Origin: Bugula neritina
Lineage: Eukaryota; Animalia; Bryozoa
NCBI GenBank assembly: GCA_964035545.1
Contig: OZ037770.1
Coordinates: 14,746,642 to 14,810,641, forward strand
DNA: 64,000 nt
Reading direction: 5' to 3'
Each line of letters opens with the position of its first letter. The stretch's first letter is position 1. This document shows positions 27,001 through 40,332 of this stretch, one piece after another. The position numbers and the translations under genes were made by a program. The notes under the pieces were generated by a model. That model was not told the DNA's origin. It did no database searches and saw only the letters and a program-made list of their open reading frames with translations.

Positions 27001-30000
27001 TGACATCACAAAGCAGCTGAGCTCCACTTTCAACCAACTTCAGATACACTGTATAGTCGGATATCATCAAGGAAGTGTCCAAGTTAGATCCAGTTAGACC
27101 TATGGTTGTCTGGTTCCAAAGGTCAAACTTCTACAGATTGTTCAATATTAGTGTGAATTGAAAATTCAAAAATAATTTCAAAAGGACTTTTATGTAACTG
27201 AGTTAACTGCAAAGTGTTTAGACAGAATCAATTATCAACATAAATTTTTTTATGATTAGAACAGAAAAGTTGAGTTTGATAAATTAAATATTATAGAGTG
27301 AACCAGCCAAATGGCTTTAGTTAAAAATTATTTTTCAAATTGTAACTTTTAGAATTTTTCTGCCGTAACCTACTATAATTTGTTTGAAAGTGTCAAAAAT
27401 TGGCTCGGTTTCGGAAATAGTGAAGTCAAACTGACTCCCAATGTGAGCTTTTCCATCTAACAGCAGTGTGGCAGTCAAAGTGAGAAACTCAACTTCAGTG
27501 GTTACGCTTCTCTTAGCTGAAAGGTAAGATTACAATGTCAGCTGCAAAGCCAGTATTCAACATTTCAGAATCAATCATTGTACTTAAACTTAAAAGTTCA
27601 TAAATGATTTAAATGTGTTTATATGTCTGTCTACTGAAAATAAAATTATAAAACTTTCATTACTATTATTTTAGACTTTTGCCAATATTTTAAAAAAGCA
27701 AAAATAAAGCTTTGTAGCCAAAATTTTGGTGTATCTCAATATAGTAAGTTCCATTACAAAAATTTTTTGTGCAAAATTCGTCCATTAAACCTTTTGCTAA
27801 AACTCAACATGAAAGCATCATGTAAGCACGCAACGTTACCTTTTCCATCAAAGAACTCAGATAAATCTGGAGTCGTGCAAGACAGTGTTTTTCCAAATGT
27901 TCCAAGCTTGCAATTCTAAAATAAAGCACCATTTCATAAAGATCTATATAAAGTTACACCGAGCTTTAAAGAAGAAGTAAATAAATCCAAAACTGTGTAA
28001 TATAATTGCTAACCAGATTATAAATGAAAAGCATCATCAAATGTTCACTTATTAAAATGTTTCGAAGTCAGATTGCCAATTCTGGCTGCGTACATACCGG
28101 CAGCTCTAACTAGGGTTATAATAACTAAACTGAGTATCGTACCGTGACAGCTCTACCTAGGGTTATAATAACTAAACTGAGTATCGTACCGTGACAGCTC
28201 TACCTAGGGTTATAATAACTAAACTGAGTATCGTACCGTGACAGCTCTAACTAGGGTTATAATAACTAAACTGAGTATCGTACTGTTACAGCTCTAACTA
28301 GGGTTATAATAACTAAACTGAGTATCGTACTGTTACAGCTCTAACTAGGGTTATAATAACTAAACTGAGTATCGTACTGTTACAGCTCTAACTAGGGTTA
28401 TAATAACTAAACTGAGTATCGTACTGTTACAGCTCTAACTAGGGTTATAATAACTAAACTGAGTATCGTACCGTGACAGCTCTAACGCTAGTTGAGACGC
28501 TGCTGAACATCAGAGTGTGGTTGTACACTGAGTCAAAGTTATCTCCTCTGAAGAATATTTCAAGACCTCCTCTATACAAAAGTATGATAATTATCTAACT
28601 CGAACTTTTTTAAAAATTTTGTATTTTTATATTGTAAACAGGTTCAGCAGAATTTTTTTCAGAATTATAATTTAAAAAGTTATTAAAATATTATGAGAAA
28701 GTTTACAAATTATTACTTAAATATAAACTTGTGCAATCTTGGTATTTTGATGCATGCGGGTAGCACAAGAAAGAAATTGTATGGTAGCACACACTAGCAC
28801 ATGGCAACACATGCCAGCAGAATATGCTACTATATACATGCTCACAAATGCTAGTAAGATTGGCATGAGGTGTACCCTGGTTAGATTTCTTGTTTACCAT
28901 GACAAAACCAGTGTGTTGTAATACATTCCAAACCTAAGCAATCAGCATGTAATGACATACATGTTGCAGATCAACAGTTATTGTTTTGTATATCTAGGAA
29001 CTTAGATATATTTTTAGATAACATAAAAATATATTTTATGCAGTCAATCCTACTGCATTGCCATTAGTGTGTAGTTCATTCTGTAGCATATTTAACTTAC
29101 AACGTAAAAAAACAATATATAATTAAGAAAATGCACACTTTCATTGTAGTGTTGAGTTTACCTAATAGCCTCTGTGGTGTAAGGATTAGTGCGCCTGCTT
29201 GCAAGCCGGAGGTCCCGGGTTCGAATCCCGGCGGAGGCAAAATTTTCATATTTATTATTTGCAATAATAATTCAATCAATTACTTAGCAATTTTGACTAC
29301 CAAGAAATTAGACTAAAAAGTACCATTACTTAGCAATCATACTAAGTACCTGGTATTTGCACTAAATACCTGGAAATCGCACTGTTGCGATTGATAGAAC
29401 GGACTACTGGGTCTGGTAAATACTCGTAGCTTTTACTACTTGAATTTCCAAGCAGTACTTCCACATCAACTGCTCCAAGTCCACTTTGAGATTCAGGCAT
29501 GTGAAAAGTAATGGTCTGGGTTGATTCCCTAAAAGTAAAATTATGTCATTATTTATATACCAAACAAAATTATCATTTTCCTCTCTTTATAAATCTTATA
29601 TAACATTGTTTTATAAACACTTGAAAAGAAATTACCGAGTAAATTCTAAAACTTGTTCTTGGGCAACAAATATTTGAGGGTCCTCAGTAAATATTCCAGT
29701 CAGAGTTATGGTGGTACCTCCTGATCGTTGCCCCTTCTTAGGTTCTAGTTTCAATAATGCGGCTTCCTGCAAGGTAGAACAATATTCACGATAAATAGTT
29801 TTTCCTTTATAAATTGAAGCATTATCACATTGAAATTCTCAACTCATTACAAATCTCGCATCAGTGTCGAGACTTTGAGTGAGTGAGTAAGTGAGTGAGT
29901 GAGTGAGTGAGTGAGTGAGTGGGTGAGTAAGTAAGTGAATAAGTGAGTGAGTGAGTGAGTGAGTGAGTGAGTGAGTGAGTGAGTGAGTGAGTGAGTGAGT

Positions 30001-33000
30001 GAGTGAGTGAGTGAGTGAGTGAGTGAGTGAGTGAGTGAGTGAGTGAGTGAGTACTCACTTTGCAAACAGGCATAGGTTTATCCCAAACACCGTAAACTGT
30101 TCCATTATCAAACAGAGCTCGTACACACATCACAGTATCATAGCTGCTGTTGACACCGTAGCCGTTTTTACATCTGAACTTTATAGAGTCTTTGTTTATG
30201 TATTCATTCTTGTTTGGAGTGAAACTCAAGACATTATTAAGATCCTTAGCTTCAGGAGGGTAACACTTGGGTTGAGCTGTGAAGATAAAAAAGAATAAAA
30301 AACTGTTTTAAGAGTTATCTTCCACATATAAATCATGTCACAGCATGTCCAAGAAGAATACCGAGAAAAAGATGCTAATTTGTAAAAACAGCTCACAATT
30401 AAATATATTATCTGTTTGTCACAAAATTATCAATATAAATTTATTACAGACTATTTATAGCATAGGCTGGATTGTTAACATAATTATATTACAAGAAGTT
30501 GAGATTACATTACAAAACTTTAAATTTGATCTAGTAGTAAAAATAGTTCTCCTTTAATAAGAATAACATTTTATTATCATGCTTGATTTACTCAGCAAGC
30601 TAAATACAGTATTTCCCAAAAATAAGCTTTTGCCACCTATTCAACAAAACAATTCTTTTTAAATAAACGAATCGTCAATAAAACTAAACTATGTTGAGTG
30701 TTGTACTAACAATAAGTGAGTGTTAGAATGTGCCCAGCCCTGTTGGTTTCCGGCCCAGAAGAGTCTCCAATGTATATTACCCCGTCAATAACCTTGGCGG
30801 TGAGCGGAGAATTTACTTGGCACTTGTCCAACCCACCAGTTCTGAATTTAGGGTTGTTGGAATACTGACCTATAATTGGGAAGAGAATACAGGAAATGAT
30901 GCGTATATGTTGTTTTCCCATGACTTATTGCAGCACTTTTTATCACGCTTTGTTTTTTTCAGTATTAAACAAATTGTGAAATTCCATTTGCCATATAGTT
31001 TTGAAAGATATTTCTTGTAATTCAGTTGACCACTGACAATACAAAGCTTCAGTTCTAAGTTATTATAAAGTATAGCTAGAGTTGCTTACCCTCGCATATA
31101 GTAGAGACATCATTATCTTCAAGATTGACTATTCTCAAGGCATTCTTATAGTCACACACAAGTAATACTTGATCCTGTATTAACCAAACCATCCCAGTTG
31201 GTAGTTCTACAGAGATACAAATGCTCTCATTGGCTAAAGGGTTGTAAAAGTTAAATACCAATGCTCTCATTGGCTAAAGGGTTGTAAAAGTTAAATGCAA
31301 ATGCTCTCATTGGCTAAAGGGTTATAAAAGTTAAATACAAATGCTCTGTAGAGTTTCTGAGAGTTTCTTTTATGTCGTAAAAACCATCTGGTAAACTTTT
31401 AAATATATATAGTTAGTTGAATGGCAGGAAAACTAAATATACAAGAATAAATAATAAATAAAATAAATTTAAAAGATATAGAAATGGCAAAATTAAATTA
31501 AAGCAAAACAAATAATAAAAAATCTAGAACATGATTGAAAAATTATAGGAATAAAATTATAAAAAGAATAAATATAATATTGATATGATATTGTCATTGA
31601 TAATAATATTGAATATTCAATAAATAAATTATTGAATAAGTGTTGAATAATAATATACTGATGACTACAACTTACTGCCAAAGCGAGCTCTTAGCAATGG
31701 ACCATCAGCCACCTTTCTTGGAGTGCTACTGGGTATGTATTCGGTGCCTGCTACAAGTACCTTGGTCCAGTTGGCAGATCTTGTGTCAAACTTTGACACT
31801 CCTCCAGCATGGTTGACATACATGTACCTGTTCTGGCTGTCCATTAGAATGGTGTAGGCACCAGTGAAGAATTCCAGATCTTTATACATCAGGCTTATCA
31901 TATCTAAACATTGGTAGTAATAATAATCACCAAGTAAACTCCTTCATTATAGACAGTATTTAATTACATAATTATTTTTTCAGCTGATAGGTTTATTTAA
32001 AAAACTTTGTCTGGTGAAAGGTTTGGTTAGTTTGGTAGCTATGCTACTTGAGCTCAATAAATATATAATGAAATAGCTTTCTAATTACTCATGTAACACA
32101 TACTACATTTCCTTATATATGCCTTGTTATTTCAATTGCTGTGCTTAACTAAATACTTCTAGGCATGCAACAAAATGATTCAACAAATCAGTTTATAACC
32201 ACCATTTATTACAGCCCTGCCCCTTCTCATGCAAAAAAGAGGCAGCCTTACTAACTTTTATACACACAAACAATATAACAAAGTTTCTTACAAGCAAGCT
32301 ATGATTTATACTTGAAAAACATTTAGCCATAACTTTAGCGTTCCTTCAACTCATCTTGAAACGCATATTGCCTTTTGTCAGAAGAGTGCATCTAGGCCAA
32401 GACGATATAGTTAGACCACTGACCTGAAGTCAAGTTGTGCTTGAGTATGACTTTATCGAGTAAGTAGTAAAAGATATTCTCTTCTGGAATGTGAAGTAAC
32501 TTCAGAGGATGTGTAAGTTTGGCGTCTGCCGGGCTCACCGGATCAGAAACATATCCTTGTCTGCCACAATCACCCACAAATGTGGACACTTGTGGATACA
32601 AGCCACTGCGACGTTCAACTTTGCGGATGCAGTGATTGTTGAGATCGGCGATTATGATGTCGGAACCGTTGTTCATCTGCACGAGGTCTTGGACGATGTT
32701 GAAATAAGCGAGATACCCTGGCCCATCTCTAAATGCCGTTTCATTTTCTCTCCCTGTAGAAAAAATGTTTGAAATAACATACTGGGCCATAAGAAATTTA
32801 ATAAGAATTTCATAAATAGGTACATGAACATTACTGAACTTTTATATTATAAATACAAAAAGAATGAAGAAGATTGCACATATCAGTTGTTATCAGATCG
32901 ATTGAACTGAGCAATTATAAGCATTTTCATTTTGAAGTTCTTTGCCACCATCATATTTGGCATTGATTAACCGTCAATTTTCCTGAATGGTAAAATGTTA

Positions 33001-35562
33001 CATTTGACTCAGCACGCATATCTTTAGTACTTTAGTCTCTTGTAAATTACTGGATAGCTTCCAATGATGCATATTATCTTACTTTAGTAAAAATAACATA
33101 ATTATAGTCGTATATTATTATTACTTTTTGATTTCTTTGCCAAAGTAAGACAAGATAAGCACTCAATTTACTGCCAGCATATTTTTGTTCATTCATGTTA
33201 TATTGTCATCTTTCTAGCATTTTCTAATTGTTAAAACAAATTTTGGAATTATCTTATCCAAACCAATTTTTTGTCACTATGTAATGAGTTCTATATAAAG
33301 TTTATATAGAAATCTTATATATAAATGTACAACAGCTGTTTAGGATGTACCTTGTAACTTTTAAAAAAACACACTCAGGTAGTGTGAGATACAAAAATGA
33401 ATAGACTAAAATGCATTGTGTTAGATACCACTATCCTTGTTATAGTGAAATTTCACTAAATTTTTACTAAAATTTTAATAAAATTCCAAACTGTTTGAAA
33501 CATTTTAATTTTGAAAGATTACGCAACATTCTTGCTATTTCTTTTAACTCTGTGAAATAAATTGTGACTTATCTTATTTTAAACTAAAAATTATTATTTT
33601 TAAATAGGTTTAAAATGAGTTGAATTTGTTCAGCACATAGAAAACATGTATTTGGAGTTGTATTCATAGGCTATATATTAATGAGCTTTTAAAAGCGCAT
33701 GATTATCTAGCATGATTATCTAGCTATACGTTGATGGCCAAATTGCTATGTGCTTGAAACTGTATGCTTATAGTGATAAAAATAAACATTTAAATAATAT
33801 TTTTATATTTTCATCATGTCTTCAGATTATAACATTCTTTATGCGTCATATGATTAGTAAAATTCTTGCCAACAGTTCACTAGAAACAATATGTGAGTGA
33901 AAAAATGAAATAAATTATTGCATGCTAAACTAGGAAACTATTTTGGCACTAGTTGGCAGGTACTCTATGCAGAAGTGTGATGCAAGCTAAGATTTCCTTT
34001 AGCACATTTCAATTATACGTACTCATGAAATATTTGTTATCATTTTGTAAGAGGAATTACAATTAGGAAATTCACAAGGTATTGCTCAAAGTGCAACATG
34101 TTGATGTAAATTATAAGATGTATACAACACAATATTATCAGAATTAAATTGCATAAGACTATTGTTTACTTCTTGACACTTTAAAATTTTTTTTTTTTAA
34201 GTCTGCTTAATAATAAATCTCAATTTGAAATGAATAGAATTAACTTTGCAAATTAAACTAAAAGAAATAATAATCTAATACTCAAAGTTATTTGTTTGTG
34301 TTAAAAAATTTCAAACTCTTTAAGCAATGAAATAAAGGAAATGGGCAACATTTCTTCCTGCTCCGACCTCAAACATTTAGAGCAATATTTATGTTAGTCG
34401 GTCATCAGCACAAGCTTTTAGCATTAAAATAGTGAATCTACATGCATGAAATAGTTTGAGATTGCTTGCCGGCAATTATTGTAATTTTTACCTGCGAGTA
34501 TATCCACTCTAAGACCAGGAGATATGTGGGCTAGACTGTGCTGGTTTCCAACGAGAAATCCACCACTTTCCAGCTGATCTGGTTCGATATCCTCCACAGT
34601 TCTGAGGTTGTAGTTATCTAGCTTTAGCTCTTGTAATTCACCAAAAGATACAAGAGGCTTGGCACTGAAAACGTTCCAACGATTTCGTTATACAGATGTA
34701 GAATCTGGGCTTAACATAACTTAACTTGATTTCTCATTCAATATTAAATTATTCACAATTATTTTGGCTGTCAGCTAAATACAGCTTCAGAGTAGCATTG
34801 GTTTTGCAATAACATTTTTGCATAAGTGTGTCTTGAATTAATTTAGGATAAAGGCTCAGTTGTTGATGAAAGCCTCTATAGAACTGTTACAAATTATTAT
34901 CAGTGATTTTCAAGAAGTTAAATGACTGTTAACCAAACAGCTATAAGTCTAAAAGCTATGAATAAGCTTTGAATAGGTTATGAGTAAATGACACAATTAT
35001 AAAGAGCTATCTTCATGGAAACATAATGGAATAGGACTGACTATGTCTTTATACAGATCACTGCAGTTATTAATTTGCAATTAAACTGCATGTTGTAGAA
35101 TTTGAGCTATTAATGACAGGTCCATACTAGTAATACAGCTGTTCTCTTTGAAAGATGTAGGTTTCCCAATATTTCTAGCAAATATTTTCAATTCGAAAAG
35201 TTGTTTGTAAAATAAAGCAATCGTACCCAGCCTAAACAACAATAACTAGCAAAAATCTGCACCAATGCCCTTAACATGTACTTGCTAAAAAGTAAAGCTT
35301 TTTATTACAATTATTTACTAAAGCAGACAAACTACCTGTTTCAAAAACTTACAGAAAGTACTATGGAACATTTTCAATTTAACCCAATAGGAGTTACGAG
35401 TATGGGTACAACTATGATTTCTCATTAGCATGATGCACATTATACATTCACAGTGAAAGGGTGATAATACAATCCTAAAATACTTTACCTCTGGGTGCTC
35501 TGACATAGAGTGAAGTTGATGAAGACGCAGTATATAAAAATAGCCTTGCACAATTTCGCCAT
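21018..35562 (-). CDS. Receptor tyrosine kinase: signal peptide, NHL-repeat beta-propeller, Sushi/CCP, 3x IPT/TIG, TM, Met/RON-like kinase. 24 exons: 35562-35489, 34664-34492, 32753-32424, 31903-31676, 31206-31090, 30869-30711, 30276-30059, 29766-29636, 29528-29370, 28571-28472, 27915-27840, 27516-27374, 27130-26909, 26480-26387, 26024-25896, 25220-25101, 24596-24516, 23987-23800, 23648-23539, 23043-22881, 22662-22526, 22351-22221, 21642-21517, 21259-21018
   Basis: Leader [23 protein letters not shown]-like [14 protein letters not shown]...[14 protein letters not shown]...[20 protein letters not shown]: CYPP...FRCKNGY...C...[11 protein letters not shown]: [54 protein letters not shown]: [21 protein letters not shown]. 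Kinase: [80 protein letters not shown]. Confidence 0.9.
23063..23246. repeat. 25-bp tandem minisatellite (~7 copies) next to an RTK acceptor site
   Basis: Unit CATTAGYAGTAACTAGGTCATGGTA. Confidence 0.9.
26830..26921. repeat. 24-bp tandem repeat (~4 copies) duplicating an RTK splice donor
   Basis: Minus-strand unit is approximately GCTGAYTTACAG|GTAATCCTYAWW and translates in frame as ADLQVILI. Confidence 0.88.
28101..28486. repeat. 47-bp tandem minisatellite (~8 copies) spanning an RTK exon/intron donor junction
   Basis: Unit AGCTCTAACTAGGGTTATAATAACTAAACTGAGTATCGTACCGTGAC; the last unit overlaps the end of exon 28571-28472. Confidence 0.92.
29145..29245 (+). mobile_element. tRNA-derived short interspersed repeat, best-preserved copy (tRNA-like body 29168-29239)
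   Basis: Leader TGTAGTGTTGAGTTTACCTAATA; acceptor stem GCCTCTG/CGGAGGC; T arm CCGGG TTCGAAT CCCGG. D and anticodon arms are imperfect (TTGCAA loop). Followed by TTTT. Confidence 0.8.
29877..30052. repeat. (GAGT)n tetranucleotide microsatellite
   Basis: Long near-perfect run beside the donor of the Sushi exon; source of the THSL ORFs. Confidence 0.95.
31215..31347. repeat. 40-bp tandem repeat (~3.3 copies) next to an RTK acceptor site
   Basis: Unit ATACAAATGCTCTCATTGGCTAAAGGGTTGTAAAAGTTAA. Confidence 0.9.
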
Positions 35563-36966
35563 TAGATTAATAATCTCGTCTTAGGGATTAGTAACTAGGA
35601 GATCAGTTGGATTCACAGCCACCTGACACGATAATAATAATATTTTACTAATACGTAGTATAGTAGGCAATAACAATAACTAGAGTTTACTAACTATATA
35701 ACACGTAGTAGTAGTAGGCAATAACAACGTGCTTCTTTGCGAAGTAAACAGATATGAACTGTTTACTGTAAGTATAGTTGGTAGTAGCTAAGATATTACG
35801 AGTGAGTCACAGGGTCACTAGGTCATGTGACCTAACCACATTTTATAGCTGCCAACTGGTGTGAATTATACTCATAATTCACACTGTACGCTGTCAACTA
35901 TGACTTCACGCTGACAGTGATGAGTAATGAGTCTTCAGTTGCAGATCTAAGAGCCCTAGTTTTAGTAAAGAAGTTGTCATTTAGTGAAGTACAGCCATTA
36001 CACCCCAAACCCAAGTGTCAACTCATGCAAGGGCTATAAACTCAAAATACGTAACAAATCCATGAATCTAAGCAATTTCTTTGAGCTATACAGATGACTT
36101 TTGTAGATCTCAAGTTTTTGTGTAGCAAGTTACAAGATAGGTGCAGTAGTAGAGAAATTTGAAAAAGCCTGTGTTCTAGATGTGAAATATAGAAATGTGA
36201 GCCAAGTCTTCCTGAGGCTTTTGGCCCACACCCTAACCAAACACATGGCAATTACAAGACGCAAACTATTAAAGTTTTTTTTTTCAATGGCTGAAGCTAA
36301 ACAGCTGTTTGCGATTGAGTTGCAACTACTGCACATGTAGCCACTCACACTGTTTTGGTGTCATTTCATATATTGTGCAGGTTCTGTTTCTATTATAAAC
36401 AAATGAAATGCAGTAAACATTTATAACATTTAATAAAAAACAGACTTGAAGCATTAGTTGTATCTGTTTGAATGCTATCGTTAGATGTGTAAACATGGTG
36501 TAGTATGGGTTCATAACCTATTCATTTGATTTTGGAGGGTGGTACCTCATTCTATAGTATGACATTAACTAGCAGAGTGACAGTAGAACTTTTGCTAACC
36601 AAATTAAACTGCATTTCTGCATAATAAGGTTTACAATTAACAACTAACTGTTGGAAGACTTAGACTAACATGAACTATAAAAAATATTGCATAAGCATAA
36701 AGATGTGTACTGTCACTGTTTACTAACACTTTTCACTGTCAGTGTTTACTGTCACTGTTCACTGTCACTGTTTACTGTCACTGTTTACTATACTAGCACT
36801 AAATCTACCCATGCGAATATACATATATTGTTTCATTGTTTACTTCAAAACAGGCTATTCTATTACTTAAGAGGTCAGGTAAGTGATCAGTATGCATTTC
36901 ATCATTGTTAGATAATACCCTTGAAATGCTTTTGTATTCCTGTGAACACATACTATACTATAAACT

Positions 36967-37189
36967 ATAGAGTATAGAGTATAGAGTATAGAGTATGGAG
37001 TATATAAATTGCAGTGTATAAAGTGTTTAGAGTAACTGTAGAATATAGAGTATAGAGTATAGACTAGAAAGTATAGAGTGTTTAAAGTAACTGTAGAGTA
37101 TAGAGTATAGAGTATAGAGTATAGACTAGAAAGTATAGAGTGTTTAGAGTAACTGTAGAGTATAGAGTATAAAGTATAGAGTGTATAGA
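36967..37189. repeat. Degenerate (TATAGAG)n 7-bp repeat
   Basis: Visible 7-mer periodicity with higher-order duplication. Confidence 0.85.
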
Positions 37190-40073
37190 ATACACTTTGT
37201 CAGCTAGAGTCCTGATCAAATATTGCAAAAGAAGTTCAAAATTTTCATGAAGCTAGAATAAAGCACTTTGATTGCTTATCTTATAAAGGAGTACTATGTC
37301 TGTTACTGTTTTTGATTCACGTTCCCATATATGCCTTCTCTAAATTACCTCTTTGGTTACAAAGTTTTGCTTTGCACAGTAGAAATTGCAGCATGGCAAA
37401 CTTTAATACTTCTCCATTCATTGCAAAATTTATAAAATCCACTTAATAAATAGCAGCAAAGCCCAACATGCTATATATTTTAGCAAAATAGCAAAATTAA
37501 ATCCTAAAGTTATTGATAGCTTTAGCATTCTTCAAGTTTTCCAAAATCGTATGATGAAACTTTATATTATACAATACCATATATTATGATAATCTATTTT
37601 TATTATTAAAAATAAAACTTAAGCTTAAAGTTCAGTGAGCCCAATAGTTTTAAAAAAGCCTACAGCTAGTCAAAATTAGCAAAACTTACTTGTTCAAGTT
37701 GGTGTGAGTATTGAAGTTATTGAAGTTATTAAAGTAGAACACAATTTAAAAGGATACACAAATTAAACTCTACATAATCCACCTTACCAACCTGGTGTAC
37801 AAATACAGTCTGGTACAGTTTGAGTAGTGGCTGGCTGAACCTAATGGATGATGATTTCATTTTCACGCTTCATCAAGCAGGATTATTTTAGATGGCTTAC
37901 ATCACATGCATTGTGTTCTATAGCCTATGATTCCTACCCTATAATTTCAATATTTGTGGGGAGCTGGTGCAGCCTTCGCATTTGAAACAACTTAAGTTAC
38001 GTGAATATAATAAAGATAATAGAGTATTACCATTATTCTGCGACTACTTAAATGGAGGGATATTTTCATATACTAGAAAGTTGCTTGAATGGTGCAAATT
38101 ATAAATATTATTAAACCCTGTAGCTTCAAAGTAAGAAGCCCTTTTGGTTGGTTTTATTCAGCTATTCAACTATAAGATAAACATCGAGTATATAAGTCAT
38201 TTGTTCATGTCTCAAGTAAATATGAATAATTATATTTCAACACAAATAATTCAATATTTTTCATCAGAATATCATTGGAATATTAATTATATTGGAATAT
38301 TGTGAATTATTTGTTGTGATAAAAACCATGTATTAGGTTTTCTTAACTTCTTGTTAAAATTCGAGCCATGGCGTGTGACTGTATCACGTTATTTTGTTTG
38401 GGCCAATGAATTGTATTCCACCATAGCAAAATTGTATTCCATTTAAATTCCTTGAGCTAGTGGAGTTGTCATCTTCAGAAAGAGTTACTCTGATGTGTGA
38501 GCTCAGCTTCTAATACATGCAACATTTGCTCAAGAATTTTAGCTCCTCACATATTATGGGGAGGCAACTCATGAAACAGCCTAACTTAATTAAAACAGAC
38601 AGCACAATTTTAAACAATTATAAGAAACCTGTATTTGCTGCAATCTTATTATTTTTTTATTATGTCATCTATTGAGGAGTTCTAGTATATATAGTCAGAT
38701 AAGAGAGATTGTCTATTTTATATGTTTAGTCAAGCTTTCAAATTAGACTATATTGTATTAACATTAGCACTTGAAGTAAAAGTAAAAGTGAAACTTAAGA
38801 TATAATAAATTTTTTCTTCTCTCCACTCTGCCATATCAACTGTATACATGTATACACTGTGCATGCCGTAAATACTTTGCAAGAATCTACTTATACTGGC
38901 CTATATCATAATAATATATGTTGTAATAATATATATATTGAGAGTAATTTATAAGATGAAATCAAAGTGACAATTTTTCTTTTATACAAGGAAATGCAAT
39001 AGACTAGTTCTACTTGACAGTAGATCATTATAGGCTGGTTTTAAGGAAGTCCCAACCCCAATAATAGCAAATCAAATTGAGAAACTTGCAGAAATGTTCA
39101 GTGAATAAGGAAACGGTGAAAATTAATGATGGTGATTGTGTGAGGGAGTCATCAACAAGCTATGCGTGATTAATGGCAGGTCATACCCTATAATAACGAT
39201 CATGTAGCTGTGTTTGAACACTAAAAGACATCATAGACCATATATATAGTATAATATTTGTATTATTATAATTAACATTTACACAGCAGTGTCTGTTATG
39301 ATAATTAGCATTTTCCATTCAGTAGGTGAATTATATAATAACAATAATAGACTATGACAAAGTGAAATAGCTTAGTTCATTTGCAAAATATAGTAATGAA
39401 AAACATGGTCTGTAATTTTATTTTTGAGAAATTATATACAATGTTATAAGCTTATTTTGTGTCTTACAGCAAAAAACATATAACATATGTACTTAAAATA
39501 TGCAGGCACCATAAATATGATGCCTGCAGGCACATGTTAGGCAATATTTTATTGCATTGGTGATGTTTTTTGACAGCCTTATATCTAGTTGGCAGCTGTT
39601 TTTGCAATTTGAGTAATTCGAATAAAAAGGTAGAAGGTATGGGTACACTTGCTTGTATACAGTTATAGAAGTAGAGCATATGTAGGTATAATAAGTAATT
39701 GTTTTGACATGATATATTATAGTTATAGAACTATTAGAATGTGCTGGGTGTTATTTGTATAATATAATGAACAGCTATATAAATTAAGTCAGTTAGATGG
39801 TTTGCTAAAAGCCTAGATATGAAAAGGATACAAGTAAAGCATTCATTTAAGAGACTGTTCAGTACAACTTCAATAGAACAAAGGTTATTGCAACAAAAAT
39901 TAGCCTAAAGCGCCATCGTATTATCTATATAAAGTATATATATAGCTTGGGATGTGAAACTGCTATACTCTCTTAGGTGTTGGTACAGCAAATTCAAACA
40001 ATGTTTTAATTACAGGATGTTATTTAATCTGTATGAAAGTTTCAGTATCAAGAGAGACAACTTGAAAAGTATA

Positions 40074-40247
40074 TTATAACCATGCAGCAGCGAGAATATA
40101 TAATCTGAAAAATAAAAGTACAGTTGTTTAATTATTTTATTCTTACTTAATTACGTGTCTTGTAACTATCTGGAACATTTCTATAAGGAGAAATCATGAA
40201 GTATCACATGTTCCATTGCTTAGGGTACACCATTGTTATAGCTATAG

Positions 40248-40332
<85 letters not shown>

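Noticed and set aside
28101-28486. CRISPR array
   Set aside because: Contiguous tandem units without unique spacers.
29168-29239. Functional tRNA-Ala(TGC) gene
   Set aside because: D stem and anticodon arm do not pair canonically, and the sequence belongs to a degenerate dispersed family sharing a 5' leader. tRNAscan-SE would settle it.
29847-30065. THSL-repeat ORF
   Set aside because: Translation of intronic (GAGT)n; the real exon ends at the GTGAGT donor at 30058.
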